From the NCBI GenBank assembly GCA_964550035.1, contig CAZJVU010000002.1, positions 19,653 to 83,652 on the forward strand: DNA of 64,000 nucleotides. The letters are read 5' to 3'. Positions 18,603 through 28,176 of this stretch are shown one piece after another; positions within the stretch are counted from its first letter, which is position 1, and each line of letters begins with the position of its first letter. Made by a program: the position numbers and the translations under genes. This DNA comes from an uncultured Candidatus Saccharibacteria bacterium (GTDB lineage: Bacteria > Patescibacteriota > Saccharimonadia > Saccharimonadales > EFPC-124). A model generated the notes under the pieces. The model saw only the letters and a program-made list of their open reading frames with translations, was not told where the DNA came from and did no database searches.

Positions 18603-18917
18603 ATGCAGCTTCTGTCGTGGGGTCACCACCCGATCACCCAGGACGTCGTGATGGAGGTTTCCCCGTTACCCAAGTGGAGCGGCACTAGCCTGGCCGCCGA
18701 GCTCGGACGGTACGTCTCCTCGACCTACTTCGTCCGCGCCCACGCCAACCAGAGCAACACCCACGTCACGCTCACGTTCACCGACGTGGACCTGGCTTGC
18801 TGGGAACTGGAGCAGGCCGAACAGCTCAGCGACTTCAGAGGGCTGGTAGACCAGCTCCGCGAAGAACGGACGGCAGCGCTCGAAAAAGCCGCCGCTCAGG
18901 CGAAAAAGTCTGGCTGA
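18603..18917 (+). CDS. Hypothetical protein (GC-rich)
   Basis: Followed by GC hairpin about 18924-18965. Confidence 0.6.
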   Translation: MQLLSWGHHPITQDVVMEVSPLPKWSGTSLAAELGRYVSSTYFVRAHANQSNTHVTLTFTDVDLACWELEQAEQLSDFRGLVDQLREERTAALEKAAAQAKKSG

Positions 18918-19067
18918 AGCCCTGGAACCCTTCGCCCCCGCAACACGCGGGTGGCGGAGGGTTCCGGCTCACTACAAGTCTCTCTTGATTCTTTCGCGAA
19001 ATGAAATTATAACTATACATCTGCGAAGCCCAACCCTGGGCTCGCATTGGATAGCACGGAGGAGAAC

Positions 19068-19397
19068 ATGTCGTTCACTTACAGACCGGCCGCACGCCTC
19101 GAGGATGTCCTCCCCAAGGCGCTCACATACGCGCAGACGCAGGGCGAAGACGCTGTCTTCACCTTCAACAAAGTCACCATCGTCGTCACAGAGGACTCCA
19201 GCCTGGATCACATCTTTTCGGCCTTCTGCGACGCACCCGAAGGTCGGACCGTCGGACCCTGCAAGCTCAATCTCTGGCGTCGGCTCAAGTCGTCACGGCG
19301 ACCCAAGGTCTCGCGTGACTGGAGACCAATCGAAAAGGCAGCTCTGCGCCTCGCACTTCAGAAATTGCGTGCAACGAGCATTCACCGTATCGGCTAA
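19068..19397 (+). CDS. Hypothetical protein
   Basis: GGAGG RBS; downstream hairpin about 19418-19451. Confidence 0.6.
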   Translation: MSFTYRPAARLEDVLPKALTYAQTQGEDAVFTFNKVTIVVTEDSSLDHIFSAFCDAPEGRTVGPCKLNLWRRLKSSRRPKVSRDWRPIEKAALRLALQKLRATSIHRIG

Positions 19398-19556
19398 GTC
19401 CGACAAGCCCAAAGAGGCCGGATGCAGGATAAAAACAGATCCTCCATCCGGGCTGATCTAGGGCCGCCCGTGCTATCCCAATTTACCCTATACAACAGAT
19501 GTAAATTCCTGTATAATATCTCCCGTTACGCACTTCTGATAACTTGAAGGAAGATT

Positions 19557-19982
19557 ATGGCAAAGAAAGTAAAAGCAAACCTGAAGTTTCGCGTGCCAGC
19601 CGGCCGCGCTTCAGCAGGACCTCCAGTAGGTTCTATCTTGGGTCAGCACGGCCTGAACCTCATGGACTTCGTGGGCGCATTCAACGACCGTACGAAAGAC
19701 ATGATGGGTAAAGATGTAATGGTTCACGTACAGGTCTTTGAGGACCGCACATTCACGTTCAAGGTTATCGGCCAGCCAGTCGACGACATGATTCGTGAGG
19801 CAATCGGTCTAAAGAAGGGCTCTGGCAAACCACACGTCGAAAAAGTCGGCAAAATCTCTCGCGCTCAGCTCGAAGAAATTGCCAAGGCTAAGATGGACGT
19901 ACTGAACGCCAACGACCTGGACGCAGCCGTTAAGGTTATAGCTGGAACCGCCCGTAGTATGGGCGTCGAAGTCACAGAGTAG
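19557..19982 (+). CDS. rplK: 50S ribosomal protein L11
   Basis: AGPPVGSILGQHG, FNDRT, IAGTARSMG. Confidence 0.98.
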   Translation: MAKKVKANLKFRVPAGRASAGPPVGSILGQHGLNLMDFVGAFNDRTKDMMGKDVMVHVQVFEDRTFTFKVIGQPVDDMIREAIGLKKGSGKPHVEKVGKISRAQLEEIAKAKMDVLNANDLDAAVKVIAGTARSMGVEVTE

Positions 19983-19992
19983 AGCAATACCA

Positions 19993-20274
19993 ATGAGCGC
20001 CGAAGCGTTTCGATCATTTGAGCGAACATTCAACATCGATGAGCAAATCCGCGGCGTTGAAATAGCCGCCAAGTCGATCGTGCGCATTCGGCTGCTCCTC
20101 GCAGAACATCACGACCGCCTCAAGCGTGAGCGCGGCGAAGAGATTGCCAACATGGAGATCATCAAGCATCTCACTAACGCAATCGAAGAGCTCAAGGGAG
20201 AACTTGAGGACGCACTTGCCTTCCTCGAGGAATTCGACCCGGCTCTATTCCAAAAGTTGAAAGATAATAGTTAA
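19993..20274 (+). CDS. Hypothetical helical protein between rplK and rplA
   Basis: Fills the rplK-rplA gap exactly. Confidence 0.6.
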   Translation: MSAEAFRSFERTFNIDEQIRGVEIAAKSIVRIRLLLAEHHDRLKRERGEEIANMEIIKHLTNAIEELKGELEDALAFLEEFDPALFQKLKDNS

Positions 20275-20306
20275 GTGGGAGGCCCTGAAACGGCCGCACG
20301 CACCAC
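20275..20306 (+). promoter_or_regulatory. Ribosomal protein L1 autoregulatory RNA site
   Basis: GTGGGAGGCC...GGCCGCACGCACCAC just 5' of the rplA RBS, like known L1-binding sites. Confidence 0.7.
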
Positions 20307-20319
20307 AAGGAGAATCACC

Positions 20320-21270
20320 ATGGCAGAAGACAAAGCCAAGAAGCAAGACGAAGCAGTAGAAGCAACGACCGAAGAAGTCGTAGAAACTCCTGCCGTCGAA
20401 ACACCTGAAGTTACAGAAGAAAAAACCGCAAAAGCCGGCAAGCGCAGCGCCAAGTCGCTCGCCGAAGCCGAAGAGAAGGCCGCCAAAGAAGAGCGTAAAG
20501 TCACTGGCGACACCACTCCGCAAAGCGACGAGGCAAAGGCAAACGACAAGAAGGGCCCAGCCCCAAAGACTCGCACACGCCTCGAGCGCCGCGGCAAAAA
20601 CTACCGTAAAGTAGCCGAACAAGTTGAGGCTACCAAGCTCTACACCCTCGACGAAGCAGTTGCGCTCACCTCCAAGACAAACCCTGCGAAGTTCGACGCA
20701 ACTGTCGAGCTACACATCAACCTCAATGTTGACCCACGCCAGGCTGACCAGAACATTCGCGCAACCGTTGCATTGCCACACGGCACCGGTAAGACTGTTC
20801 GCGTTGCAGTCTTCGCACCAGCCGACCAGCACGACAAAGCTAAGAAGGCTGGCGCTGACATCGTAGGCGAGGAAGATTTCCTGAAGCTTCTCGACAAAGA
20901 GCAACTCGACTTTGATATCCTTGTGGCAACCCCACAGATGATGGCTCGCCTCGGCAAGTATGCTCGTCTGCTCGGTCCACGCGGCCTGATGCCTAACCCT
21001 AAGAGCGGCACCGTCACAGCCAACGTCGCTAAAGCCGTCGAAGAAGCCAAGGCTGGTCGCGTCGAATACCGCGTCGACAAGCAAGGTATCGTGCACCAAG
21101 GCATCGGCAAAGTCAGCTTTGAGGCAGCCAAGCTGAGCGAAAACGCAAAGGCGTTTATCGCTAGCGTGAGCAGCGTTAAACCTGCTAGTATCAAGGGCGC
21201 ATACATTAAGGCCGTCACCGTCAGTACCACTATGGGACCTGGCATCAAGGTTGACGTAAACAGCCTCTAA
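20320..21270 (+). CDS. rplA: 50S ribosomal protein L1 with charged N-terminal extension
   Basis: KFDATVE, LPHGTGK, LGPRGLMPNPK, TTMGPG. Confidence 0.98.
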   Translation: MAEDKAKKQDEAVEATTEEVVETPAVETPEVTEEKTAKAGKRSAKSLAEAEEKAAKEERKVTGDTTPQSDEAKANDKKGPAPKTRTRLERRGKNYRKVAEQVEATKLYTLDEAVALTSKTNPAKFDATVELHINLNVDPRQADQNIRATVALPHGTGKTVRVAVFAPADQHDKAKKAGADIVGEEDFLKLLDKEQLDFDILVATPQMMARLGKYARLLGPRGLMPNPKSGTVTANVAKAVEEAKAGRVEYRVDKQGIVHQGIGKVSFEAAKLSENAKAFIASVSSVKPASIKGAYIKAVTVSTTMGPGIKVDVNSL

Positions 21271-21289
21271 ATCCAGAGGGGAGAAAAGG

Positions 21290-21610
21290 GTGGGCGAAAG
21301 AATTAGGCATAGTCGGAGTGGCGAACGACGAGAAGCTGACATTCCTGGAGGCGTCGAGCCATTCGCGCTCAGAGCTATAAAGGCGAGTGTCACCAGAAGA
21401 AGAGCGCTTGTCTCCAGCGCAGATCGACTTGTCCGGAGCATCAACACCCAGCTCGATGGGCCTAGCCGCAATCGCCAATCGCCGACCCCGCCCGATCTGC
21501 CGTCGCCACACCGTGCTGAGCGCGAAGTCGAGATAGACGAAGCACTGCAAACAGCTCGACGGCGAAAGCTCGCCGGTCTGGCGTTCGACCAAGTAACTGA
21601 TCTAGCCTAG
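21290..21610 (+). CDS. Hypothetical Arg-rich protein
   Basis: GGAG RBS; lies before the terminator at 21616-21648. Confidence 0.45.
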   Translation: MGERIRHSRSGERREADIPGGVEPFALRAIKASVTRRRALVSSADRLVRSINTQLDGPSRNRQSPTPPDLPSPHRAEREVEIDEALQTARRRKLAGLAFDQVTDLA

Positions 21611-21615
21611 CAAAC

Positions 21616-21648
21616 AAAACTCCCCGCACGCACGTCGGGGAGTTTTTT
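21616..21648 (+). terminator. Intrinsic terminator
   Basis: aaaactcccc...ggggagtttttt. Confidence 0.8.
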
Positions 21649-21662
21649 GTTAGTATAAAGCT

Positions 21663-22427
21663 ATGGGGTACGTCATCGGGATCACAGGCGATATCGGCAG
21701 CGGCAAAAGCACCTTTGCGGCTCTACTTCGTTCTATGGAGCCGAGCCACGCCATCTACGAGACAAGTGAACTTATTTCCGAAGTCGCCGAGGACTTCAAC
21801 CGCGCGCTGAGCGGAGAGCTGGCCTTTGAGACAACCACAAACAACGTCGAGCTGGTCAATCAAGCGCTCATCTGGTTTATCGAAGCCATTAGCGAGCGAC
21901 TCCATCAGGACGATGTCGTCTGGAATCAGTTAGCCATTACCAAGCACAATCTCGCGGCGCATCCTGAGCTCTTCGAGAAACTGTTCGTCTATCTGGATGC
22001 TGTAAAGAAGCAGCCATCGATGCTCGACACGCGTATTACCACCGAGAATAAAAACCAATACCGTCCACTCCTTCAGTGGCTTGGCGGATACTTGGTTGCC
22101 AAGATAAGCAGTGGTATCTGGTATGATGAGCTATTCCATCGCATCGGTCTGCACGATGCCGACAAAAGCCTTGTGATCATCGGCGGCGTGCGCTACCCAA
22201 ATGACGCGGCGGCTGTTCGCAGCCATGGTGGTATCGTGCTCGGCGTCGAACGCCCCGGCCTTGCGGCTGACGTGGCAGACATCACCGAATCCAGCCGGAG
22301 CCAGATCCAACCCGACGTGCTCGTGCACAATGATGGGTCGCTCGATGAGCTCCAAAAACTCGCTGAGCGGTTCTGGGACGACCTTGGCGCCGGCAACTGT
22401 CAGCAAAACTACAACGCCCACCTCTGA
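21663..22427 (+). CDS. Deoxynucleoside monophosphate kinase-like P-loop protein
   Basis: GITGDIGSGKS, RPLLQWLG, VRYPND, NDGSLDEL. Confidence 0.75.
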   Translation: MGYVIGITGDIGSGKSTFAALLRSMEPSHAIYETSELISEVAEDFNRALSGELAFETTTNNVELVNQALIWFIEAISERLHQDDVVWNQLAITKHNLAAHPELFEKLFVYLDAVKKQPSMLDTRITTENKNQYRPLLQWLGGYLVAKISSGIWYDELFHRIGLHDADKSLVIIGGVRYPNDAAAVRSHGGIVLGVERPGLAADVADITESSRSQIQPDVLVHNDGSLDELQKLAERFWDDLGAGNCQQNYNAHL

Positions 22428-22493
22428 GTTATCCCCATTGCCCCAAACCGGTAACTCCGTCACAATATAAAAGACAAATCAAGCGAGGGGACC

Positions 22494-23180
22494 ATGGGGG
22501 TATACAGCAACACTGATATTAAGGCGGCCATTACGTCTGGCCAGCTCGTATTTCATCCGTACATCGAGAGCCACATCAACGGAAGTAGCCTCGACGTTAC
22601 ACTTGGCGAGTGGTATTACAAAACAGAGCGTCAGAATCTCGGTGGCGTCTACAATCCGTTCGACCCCAAGGCCGTTGAGCGCTATTTCGAGGGCCCCTTC
22701 AAGGCTGAGACACACCAATCGTGGTGCGAAAAGCATGGCCGCACGCTCTTTACTGGTATTCCGGCCGACCATCCCATCATTGTGCTCGAACCAGGCGAGC
22801 GAATCTTGGCACACACCCACGAGTTTGTCGGCGTCAAAGGCGATGCCACCAGCACCATGCAAGCACGCAGCACTTGGGGCCGCAACGGTGTCGCAGTCTG
22901 CCTCGACGCCGGCTGGGGCGACCCAGGCTATGTCAATCGCTGGACCATGGAAATCTACAATATGAACCAACGCGACTCGGTCATCCTACCCGTCGGGGAA
23001 CGCATCGCACAGATCGTTTTCTACGGCACCGGCCCTGTCGAAAGCGAATACCACCATCTGAGCGGCAAATACCAAGAGACTGAAGCAAACAATCTCAAGG
23101 CCCTCGTCAAATCCTGGAAGCCCGAACAAATGCTCCCGCGCGCTTTCAAAGACGACCGCAGGAAACCAATCGATGCCTAA
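22494..23180 (+). CDS. dcd: dCTP deaminase
   Basis: SSLDVTLG, ARSTWGR, GDPGY, TMEI, RIAQI. Confidence 0.9.
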   Translation: MGVYSNTDIKAAITSGQLVFHPYIESHINGSSLDVTLGEWYYKTERQNLGGVYNPFDPKAVERYFEGPFKAETHQSWCEKHGRTLFTGIPADHPIIVLEPGERILAHTHEFVGVKGDATSTMQARSTWGRNGVAVCLDAGWGDPGYVNRWTMEIYNMNQRDSVILPVGERIAQIVFYGTGPVESEYHHLSGKYQETEANNLKALVKSWKPEQMLPRAFKDDRRKPIDA

Positions 23181-23862
23181 GGGGACATTCATCGTTATCG
23201 ACGGGAGTGACGGCTCCGGCAAAAGCACACAGTACGCCAAGCTCTGTGAACGCCTCGAGGCCGAAGGCATCGCATTCGAAACAATCAAATTTCCGCGACA
23301 CAAGCAGCCGCCCGCGTACTTCGTTGATCGCTATCTTCAGGGGCAGTACGGCCAAGCCGACGAGGTCTCCGCAAAACGAGCGTCTGTCTTTTACGCCGTA
23401 GACCGCTACGATGCAGCCGAGCACATTCGCCAACAGCTCGAAAAGGGTGTGGCGGTAATTGCCGATCGCTACGTTAGCGCCAACATGGGCCATCAGGGTG
23501 CAAAAATGCCCGATACCGAAACTCGTCAAGAATTTTTCGCATGGCTGGACGACTTCGAATTCAACCTCATGGGCATACCACATCCAGACGTGAACATTGT
23601 GCTATCGGTCTCGGACGAGCAAGCCGCGCGCAATATCGCCAAGCGCGCCGCCGAGACGGATAATCCTTCGGACATTCACGAGGCCAATCCCGATTTCCTC
23701 CGTCGATCTGCTGAGACGTACCAACAGATTTGCAAACTTTTCCCCGAACAATATCACCGCATCGACTGCATGCAGGACGACACACGCATGCAACCCGCCG
23801 AAACTATACATAATCAGATATGGGAGCTCGTCCAGGCTAGGCTCCAGAAAGGCGAGAAGTGA
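23173..23862 (+). CDS. tmk: Thymidylate kinase
   Basis: [27 protein letters not shown]. Confidence 0.92.
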   Translation: MPKGTFIVIDGSDGSGKSTQYAKLCERLEAEGIAFETIKFPRHKQPPAYFVDRYLQGQYGQADEVSAKRASVFYAVDRYDAAEHIRQQLEKGVAVIADRYVSANMGHQGAKMPDTETRQEFFAWLDDFEFNLMGIPHPDVNIVLSVSDEQAARNIAKRAAETDNPSDIHEANPDFLRRSAETYQQICKLFPEQYHRIDCMQDDTRMQPAETIHNQIWELVQARLQKGEK

Positions 23863-24779
23863 TGAAACAATATCACGACCTCCTCAAAGACATCAAAGAA
23901 AACGGCACCAAAAAAATGGACCGCACTGGCACCGGCACGCTCAGCGTGTTTGGCCGCCAAATGCGTTTCGACCTGAGCGAAGGGTTCCCGGCTGTCACGA
24001 CCAAGAAGTTATTCCTCCGTGGCATCATCCACGAACTCCTGTGGTTTCTGCAGGGGAGTACAAACATCAAATACCTCGTTGATAATGACGTACACATCTG
24101 GGATGATTGGCCCTTCCGCGCCTACATGCAAAAGACCGGCCAAGACCTTCCCGAGCCAAACAGCGATGAATGGCGCGCCCACATGCGAACATTTACCGAC
24201 AAGATCAAAACCGACGAGAAATTTGCGCAGGAATATGGCGAGCTAGGCCCAGTCTATGGATTCCAGTGGCGCAGTTGGCCGGCGCCCGACGGACGGTACA
24301 TCGATCAGATCCAGCAGGCTATCGACACCATCAAGACCAATCCTGACTCACGCCGAATCATCGTATCGGCCTGGAATGTGGCTGACATCGAACAAATGGC
24401 GAAGGCTGGCCTGCCGCCATGCCACACGCTGTTTCAATTCTATGTGGCCGACGGCAAGCTGAGCTGTCAGCTGTATCAACGCAGCGCGGATACTTTTCTG
24501 GGGGTGCCATTCAACATTGCCAGCTACGCACTCCTCACAATGATGATGGCGCAGGTGACGGGACTCAAGCCCGGCGAGTTCGTTCACACGTTCGGGGACG
24601 CGCACCTGTATGTGAACCATCTGGAGCAAGTCGACCTACAGCTTTCACGAACGCCCAAAAAGCTCCCCACGATGTGGATCAATCCAAAGGTTACTTCACT
24701 CTTCGACTTCACTATCGACGATTTCAAGCTCGAGGGATACGACCCAGACCCGGCTATCAAGGCACCGATAGCGATCTAG
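23859..24779 (+). CDS. thyA: Thymidylate synthase
   Basis: [34 protein letters not shown]. Confidence 0.98.
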   Translation: MMKQYHDLLKDIKENGTKKMDRTGTGTLSVFGRQMRFDLSEGFPAVTTKKLFLRGIIHELLWFLQGSTNIKYLVDNDVHIWDDWPFRAYMQKTGQDLPEPNSDEWRAHMRTFTDKIKTDEKFAQEYGELGPVYGFQWRSWPAPDGRYIDQIQQAIDTIKTNPDSRRIIVSAWNVADIEQMAKAGLPPCHTLFQFYVADGKLSCQLYQRSADTFLGVPFNIASYALLTMMMAQVTGLKPGEFVHTFGDAHLYVNHLEQVDLQLSRTPKKLPTMWINPKVTSLFDFTIDDFKLEGYDPDPAIKAPIAI

Positions 24780-24786
24780 CGGTCAG

Positions 24787-25623
24787 CTACTCGGCGTCTT
24801 GGTCTGCACGCCGGATTTTCTTGTACTTACGATCAGCGTAATACGTTGTAACAGCGGGCGCGAGCATGGCGTCGCGAGCGCTGATCGCCTCCTCAATAAC
24901 AGACGGAGCTACATAGTCAGGATTACTGGTAATCTCACCAGCGACCGTGCCACCTGTGGTTGCTTCGCGAATTTCTTTGGCGGCCCGGGGGCTTGCATCC
25001 TCAAGCCTGTCAAAGTCGAGCACAAACTCTGACACTTTATCGATCTCGAGATTCACATCGGCCGCCATAGCGTCACCACGCGGCACAAACACCCCGGAGT
25101 AATTGCCGCCGACCGGACGCATGTCAGGGAACTCGCGCGGCACAGGCGTAGTAGCCAAGAGCAATCGCTTGCGGCGAACTGCGATAAGTCCACGACCGCT
25201 CAACAGCCCCGGATCGATCATAATGCGCAGCTTTGCCTCTGGTGTATCGCGCTCAACCATTCCTTCGATCTCGCCACTAACGAAAAGCCCGGTGGCGATT
25301 TCACCGATTTCGCGCTCTGCTTCGATGGTCGCATTCCAGTCGCCGCCATTCTCAACACGCGTCAGGTCGACCGTACGAAACGATTCGTGCGCGGCCATAA
25401 CCGCCCATCGCGCCAACGCGCCCTCGGCCCGGCTCAACTCACGGCGCAGATGTCGCTCTGTCAGACCGCCAACCTCAATATGTAAATCTCGAAATAAGTT
25501 CGCTACTTCGTGGGCTTGGCTTCGCATCCGCGATATATCAGTCAGTTCGCCCAACGCCGTCTCAATGTCGCGAGAATCTTCGAATCCACCTCGGGGGAGT
25601 GTGGGTTCACGTAATTCTCTCAT
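24787..25623 (-). CDS. Hypothetical protein
   Basis: 278-aa ORF with AAGGA RBS; no recognised motif. Confidence 0.65.
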   Translation of the reverse strand: MRELREPTLPRGGFEDSRDIETALGELTDISRMRSQAHEVANLFRDLHIEVGGLTERHLRRELSRAEGALARWAVMAAHESFRTVDLTRVENGGDWNATIEAEREIGEIATGLFVSGEIEGMVERDTPEAKLRIMIDPGLLSGRGLIAVRRKRLLLATTPVPREFPDMRPVGGNYSGVFVPRGDAMAADVNLEIDKVSEFVLDFDRLEDASPRAAKEIREATTGGTVAGEITSNPDYVAPSVIEEAISARDAMLAPAVTTYYADRKYKKIRRADQDAE

Positions 25624-25773
25624 AATTAAAAATCCTTCATTACTTTACTGAATGTTCCGTACGTTCGTCAAATTTGGTTCGTGGAGCGTGGTTATTGGGG
25701 TGGGGAGGGCCGAGGATCACTCAGCCCTCCCCAGCACCCGATCGTCAGCGCTCCGGTAGGAGCAGACTAACGA

Positions 25774-26109
25774 TCATCGCCGAGCGGCTCGACGTGGCCG
25801 GCCGTGCCGTGGACGATCCGACGCCTTGCCGGTGTTGCTCGACGGCTCGGTCGGCTGACCGTTTTCGACGCCGTTGTCCGTGTCACCGTGACCGTTCAGC
25901 GAAGCGATGGCCTTGTCCGCCTCCCAGTCCTTGGGCAGTATCGCCCGCAGCCATTCGTCGCGATCGTAGCCTGTTGGCTTGAAAACCAACAGGCTCACCG
26001 TTCGCAGCCTGACCATCTCGGTGTTTTTCCCCGGAGCGTGAAGTGCGGTGAGCAGGCTGTTCCGCTTGTTCCGTCCTTGGCCCTCCAGGGGCGGGGTTCG
26101 ACGAGTCAT
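25774..26109 (-). CDS. Hypothetical protein downstream of the minus-strand attenuator
   Basis: GC-rich ORF with GAAGGG RBS; hairpin about 25696-25738 downstream. Confidence 0.55.
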   Translation of the reverse strand: MTRRTPPLEGQGRNKRNSLLTALHAPGKNTEMVRLRTVSLLVFKPTGYDRDEWLRAILPKDWEADKAIASLNGHGDTDNGVENGQPTEPSSNTGKASDRPRHGRPRRAARR

Positions 26110-26241
26110 GATGGCCCTTCGACGACGAGATACGACGCCCCTAGCCAGAGCGAGCGTCGGGGTGCTATCTGCCCCTCAGGGCCGAGGCGGCCAGTTGCCT
26201 AGACTCAGAGCGACAGATAACGTTTGACTTTCGTAAGGTGC

Positions 26242-26392
26242 AAAAAACGAGCTCTCCCTTCGGTTGAGCTCGGTCCTAGTGTCTTCTGATGTGTGAACTG
26301 AGCTAACCGTTATGCGGGACACGAATAATAATGAGGCCAAATTTCTTGGTCATCATAGACTCGTGCTGTACACAAAGGTTTAAGGCGTTCAC
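26242..26392 (-). promoter_or_regulatory. Putative leader-peptide attenuator (GTG-NALNLCVQHESMMTKKFGLIIIRVPHNG*, 26303-26392) with terminator 26242-26272
   Basis: TTGACA-17-TAAAAA promoter places the TSS at the GTG; CGAGCUC/GAGCUCG hairpin plus U6. Confidence 0.6.
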
Positions 26393-26445
26393 AATACTAT
26401 TTTTACGGTACTCTCTGTGGATTGTCAAGAAACCACACAAAAATG

Positions 26446-26618
26446 TTGACTTTTGAGCATCAGGTGGATTATAAACAAATGGTATGCAACAACGCACGCC
26501 TAACTGCTACTGGATGTTTATTCTCCACGTGTCCCACGGGGACTTGGTTAGTGCGCGCATATAGATAGCGATCAGATTGCAAGAGCACACCGAGTCCCAC
26601 CGCGGACTCGGTTTTTTT
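26446..26618 (+). promoter_or_regulatory. Putative leader-peptide attenuator (MQQRTPNCYWMFILHVSHGDLVSARI*, 26484-26564) with antiterminator and terminator
   Basis: TTGACT...TATAAA promoter; terminator ACCGAGTCC/GGACTCGGT plus T7; antiterminator GGGACTTGGT (26539-26548) pairs 26589-26598. Confidence 0.72.
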
Positions 26619-26722
26619 ATTGCGTACGGCGTGCCACGCCATCGGCTCATTCATCCCTTGTGAGCCGATGGGGCAGCAAGCCCCTTGACCTTACCGGTCA
26701 AGTCCCGTCAGAGGAGACATCC

Positions 26723-28075
26723 ATGCTCACTGTCCCGCCCTACAACGGCGACGACCCGCGCAAGCTCTTTCACACCCTCAACAGCGGCCCCAACCTTCGT
26801 GGCGTCACGAATGCCAAACACGACGGCAACCTACCCGTCGACTGGAATCTCAGCTTCGGCCGAGTCGCGCCCTCACCCCTGCAAGGGGATATCGGATGGT
26901 TCACGAGGCTCACGGCGTCGGCGTTCACCGACTTCGAGAGCGCGTGCGCCCAACTCCTGCGATCCCCCGAGCTGGGTCCGGTGGTCCGGCGCCAGATTCT
27001 CGCCGACGTGGGTACGGACCAAGCCACGCGCGAGACGTACCTATCGAACCCGGTTCCGTTCCAGGTCCGGCGGCTCGACATCGTCATGAACCAGCACGGT
27101 CCGGCCGTGTGCGAAAACGACGAGATGCCCGGCGGCTTGGTCCACGCCTACTGGCTAGACCGTGCATACGGCGTCAACCAGCGGCGCTGGGACCGAGCTC
27201 TCCACTGGCTGACCGGCGGCGGTTCGTTGGTCTTCGCCGTTTCGACGGAATGGAGCGCACCGTACGTGCAGGAGATCACCTGGTTCGTGCAGCACCTGCA
27301 GCAGCGCGGTTTCGACGCCCACGTGGTGACGAGTAACCAGGCCAACAAGCTGAAGGTGAGGCGGGGTGGCGTCTTCCTGCGCCGCAAGAAGATCGGTACG
27401 GTGTGGCGGCTGTTCCCGGTCTTCGAAGCGCACGAGGCTTTCGCCCACATCGTCACGGCAGCGCACGAAGGAAAAGTCCGGCTCGCACCCCAGCTCGCCA
27501 GCTGGGGAAACAAAGCCTGGATGGGTGTGTTCTGGGAGCAGCGCGGTCACTTCCGCCGGGCCATGAGCCCGGAGGCCTACACGCTCCTCAGCCAGCTCAT
27601 TCCCTACACGCGGCTGGTTCGGGAGGACGGCGGTTTCCCATCGGCCATTCGCTCGCAGGGTGAGCTCGTGCGGCTCGACGACATGGACGCGCTCCGCGGA
27701 CTGCCGCAGCGCTTCCGGAAGCAAGTGGTCGTGAAGATGACCGGTGCGCACGACAAAGCGGCGCGCTCGTACGGCGTGATGATCGGCACGTCGGCAAGCG
27801 GCACACGGTGGGGCGAAGGCCTCACCCGCATGTTCGGCGTCGCCAAGCAGCTCGCCGTACAAGAGTACCGACCACCGCTTCGTGTTAATGTGCCGATCTG
27901 GTCGATGCTGAGCGGCGAGCCGGTGCTGGAAAATCCCTTCACCGGCAAGCTACTCGTCCGGCCTTGGGTGATCGGCGGAAGGCTGGTGAGCGCAACCGCG
28001 TTCCTCACCGTGCCCGACACCACCAAGCTCCACGGCACCACGTCGGGAGGGGAGATCCCAATCGACTTTGGCTGA
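26723..28075 (+). CDS. ATP-grasp-type amide ligase (glutathionylspermidine-synthase-like / circularly permuted)
   Basis: RLDIVMNQHGPAVCENDEMPGG, WRLFP.FE, NKAW, VVK.TG, VQEY, VRPW; GAGGAG RBS. Confidence 0.7.
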   Translation: MLTVPPYNGDDPRKLFHTLNSGPNLRGVTNAKHDGNLPVDWNLSFGRVAPSPLQGDIGWFTRLTASAFTDFESACAQLLRSPELGPVVRRQILADVGTDQATRETYLSNPVPFQVRRLDIVMNQHGPAVCENDEMPGGLVHAYWLDRAYGVNQRRWDRALHWLTGGGSLVFAVSTEWSAPYVQEITWFVQHLQQRGFDAHVVTSNQANKLKVRRGGVFLRRKKIGTVWRLFPVFEAHEAFAHIVTAAHEGKVRLAPQLASWGNKAWMGVFWEQRGHFRRAMSPEAYTLLSQLIPYTRLVREDGGFPSAIRSQGELVRLDDMDALRGLPQRFRKQVVVKMTGAHDKAARSYGVMIGTSASGTRWGEGLTRMFGVAKQLAVQEYRPPLRVNVPIWSMLSGEPVLENPFTGKLLVRPWVIGGRLVSATAFLTVPDTTKLHGTTSGGEIPIDFG

Positions 28076-28176
28076 ACAGGTCGTCCACTCTGACGGAGGT
28101 CGACCGCGCGGCGCAGAGAGATTCTGTGCCCGCGGTCGACCGCCCCAACCATAAAACACAAGCAAGGAGACAATCC

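Noticed and set aside
26479-26568. Alternative leader MVCNNARLTATGCLFSTCPTGTWLVRAYR as a RiPP precursor
   Set aside because: Its ATG lies too close to the -10 to be transcribed; the 26484 frame fits better. Not fully excluded.
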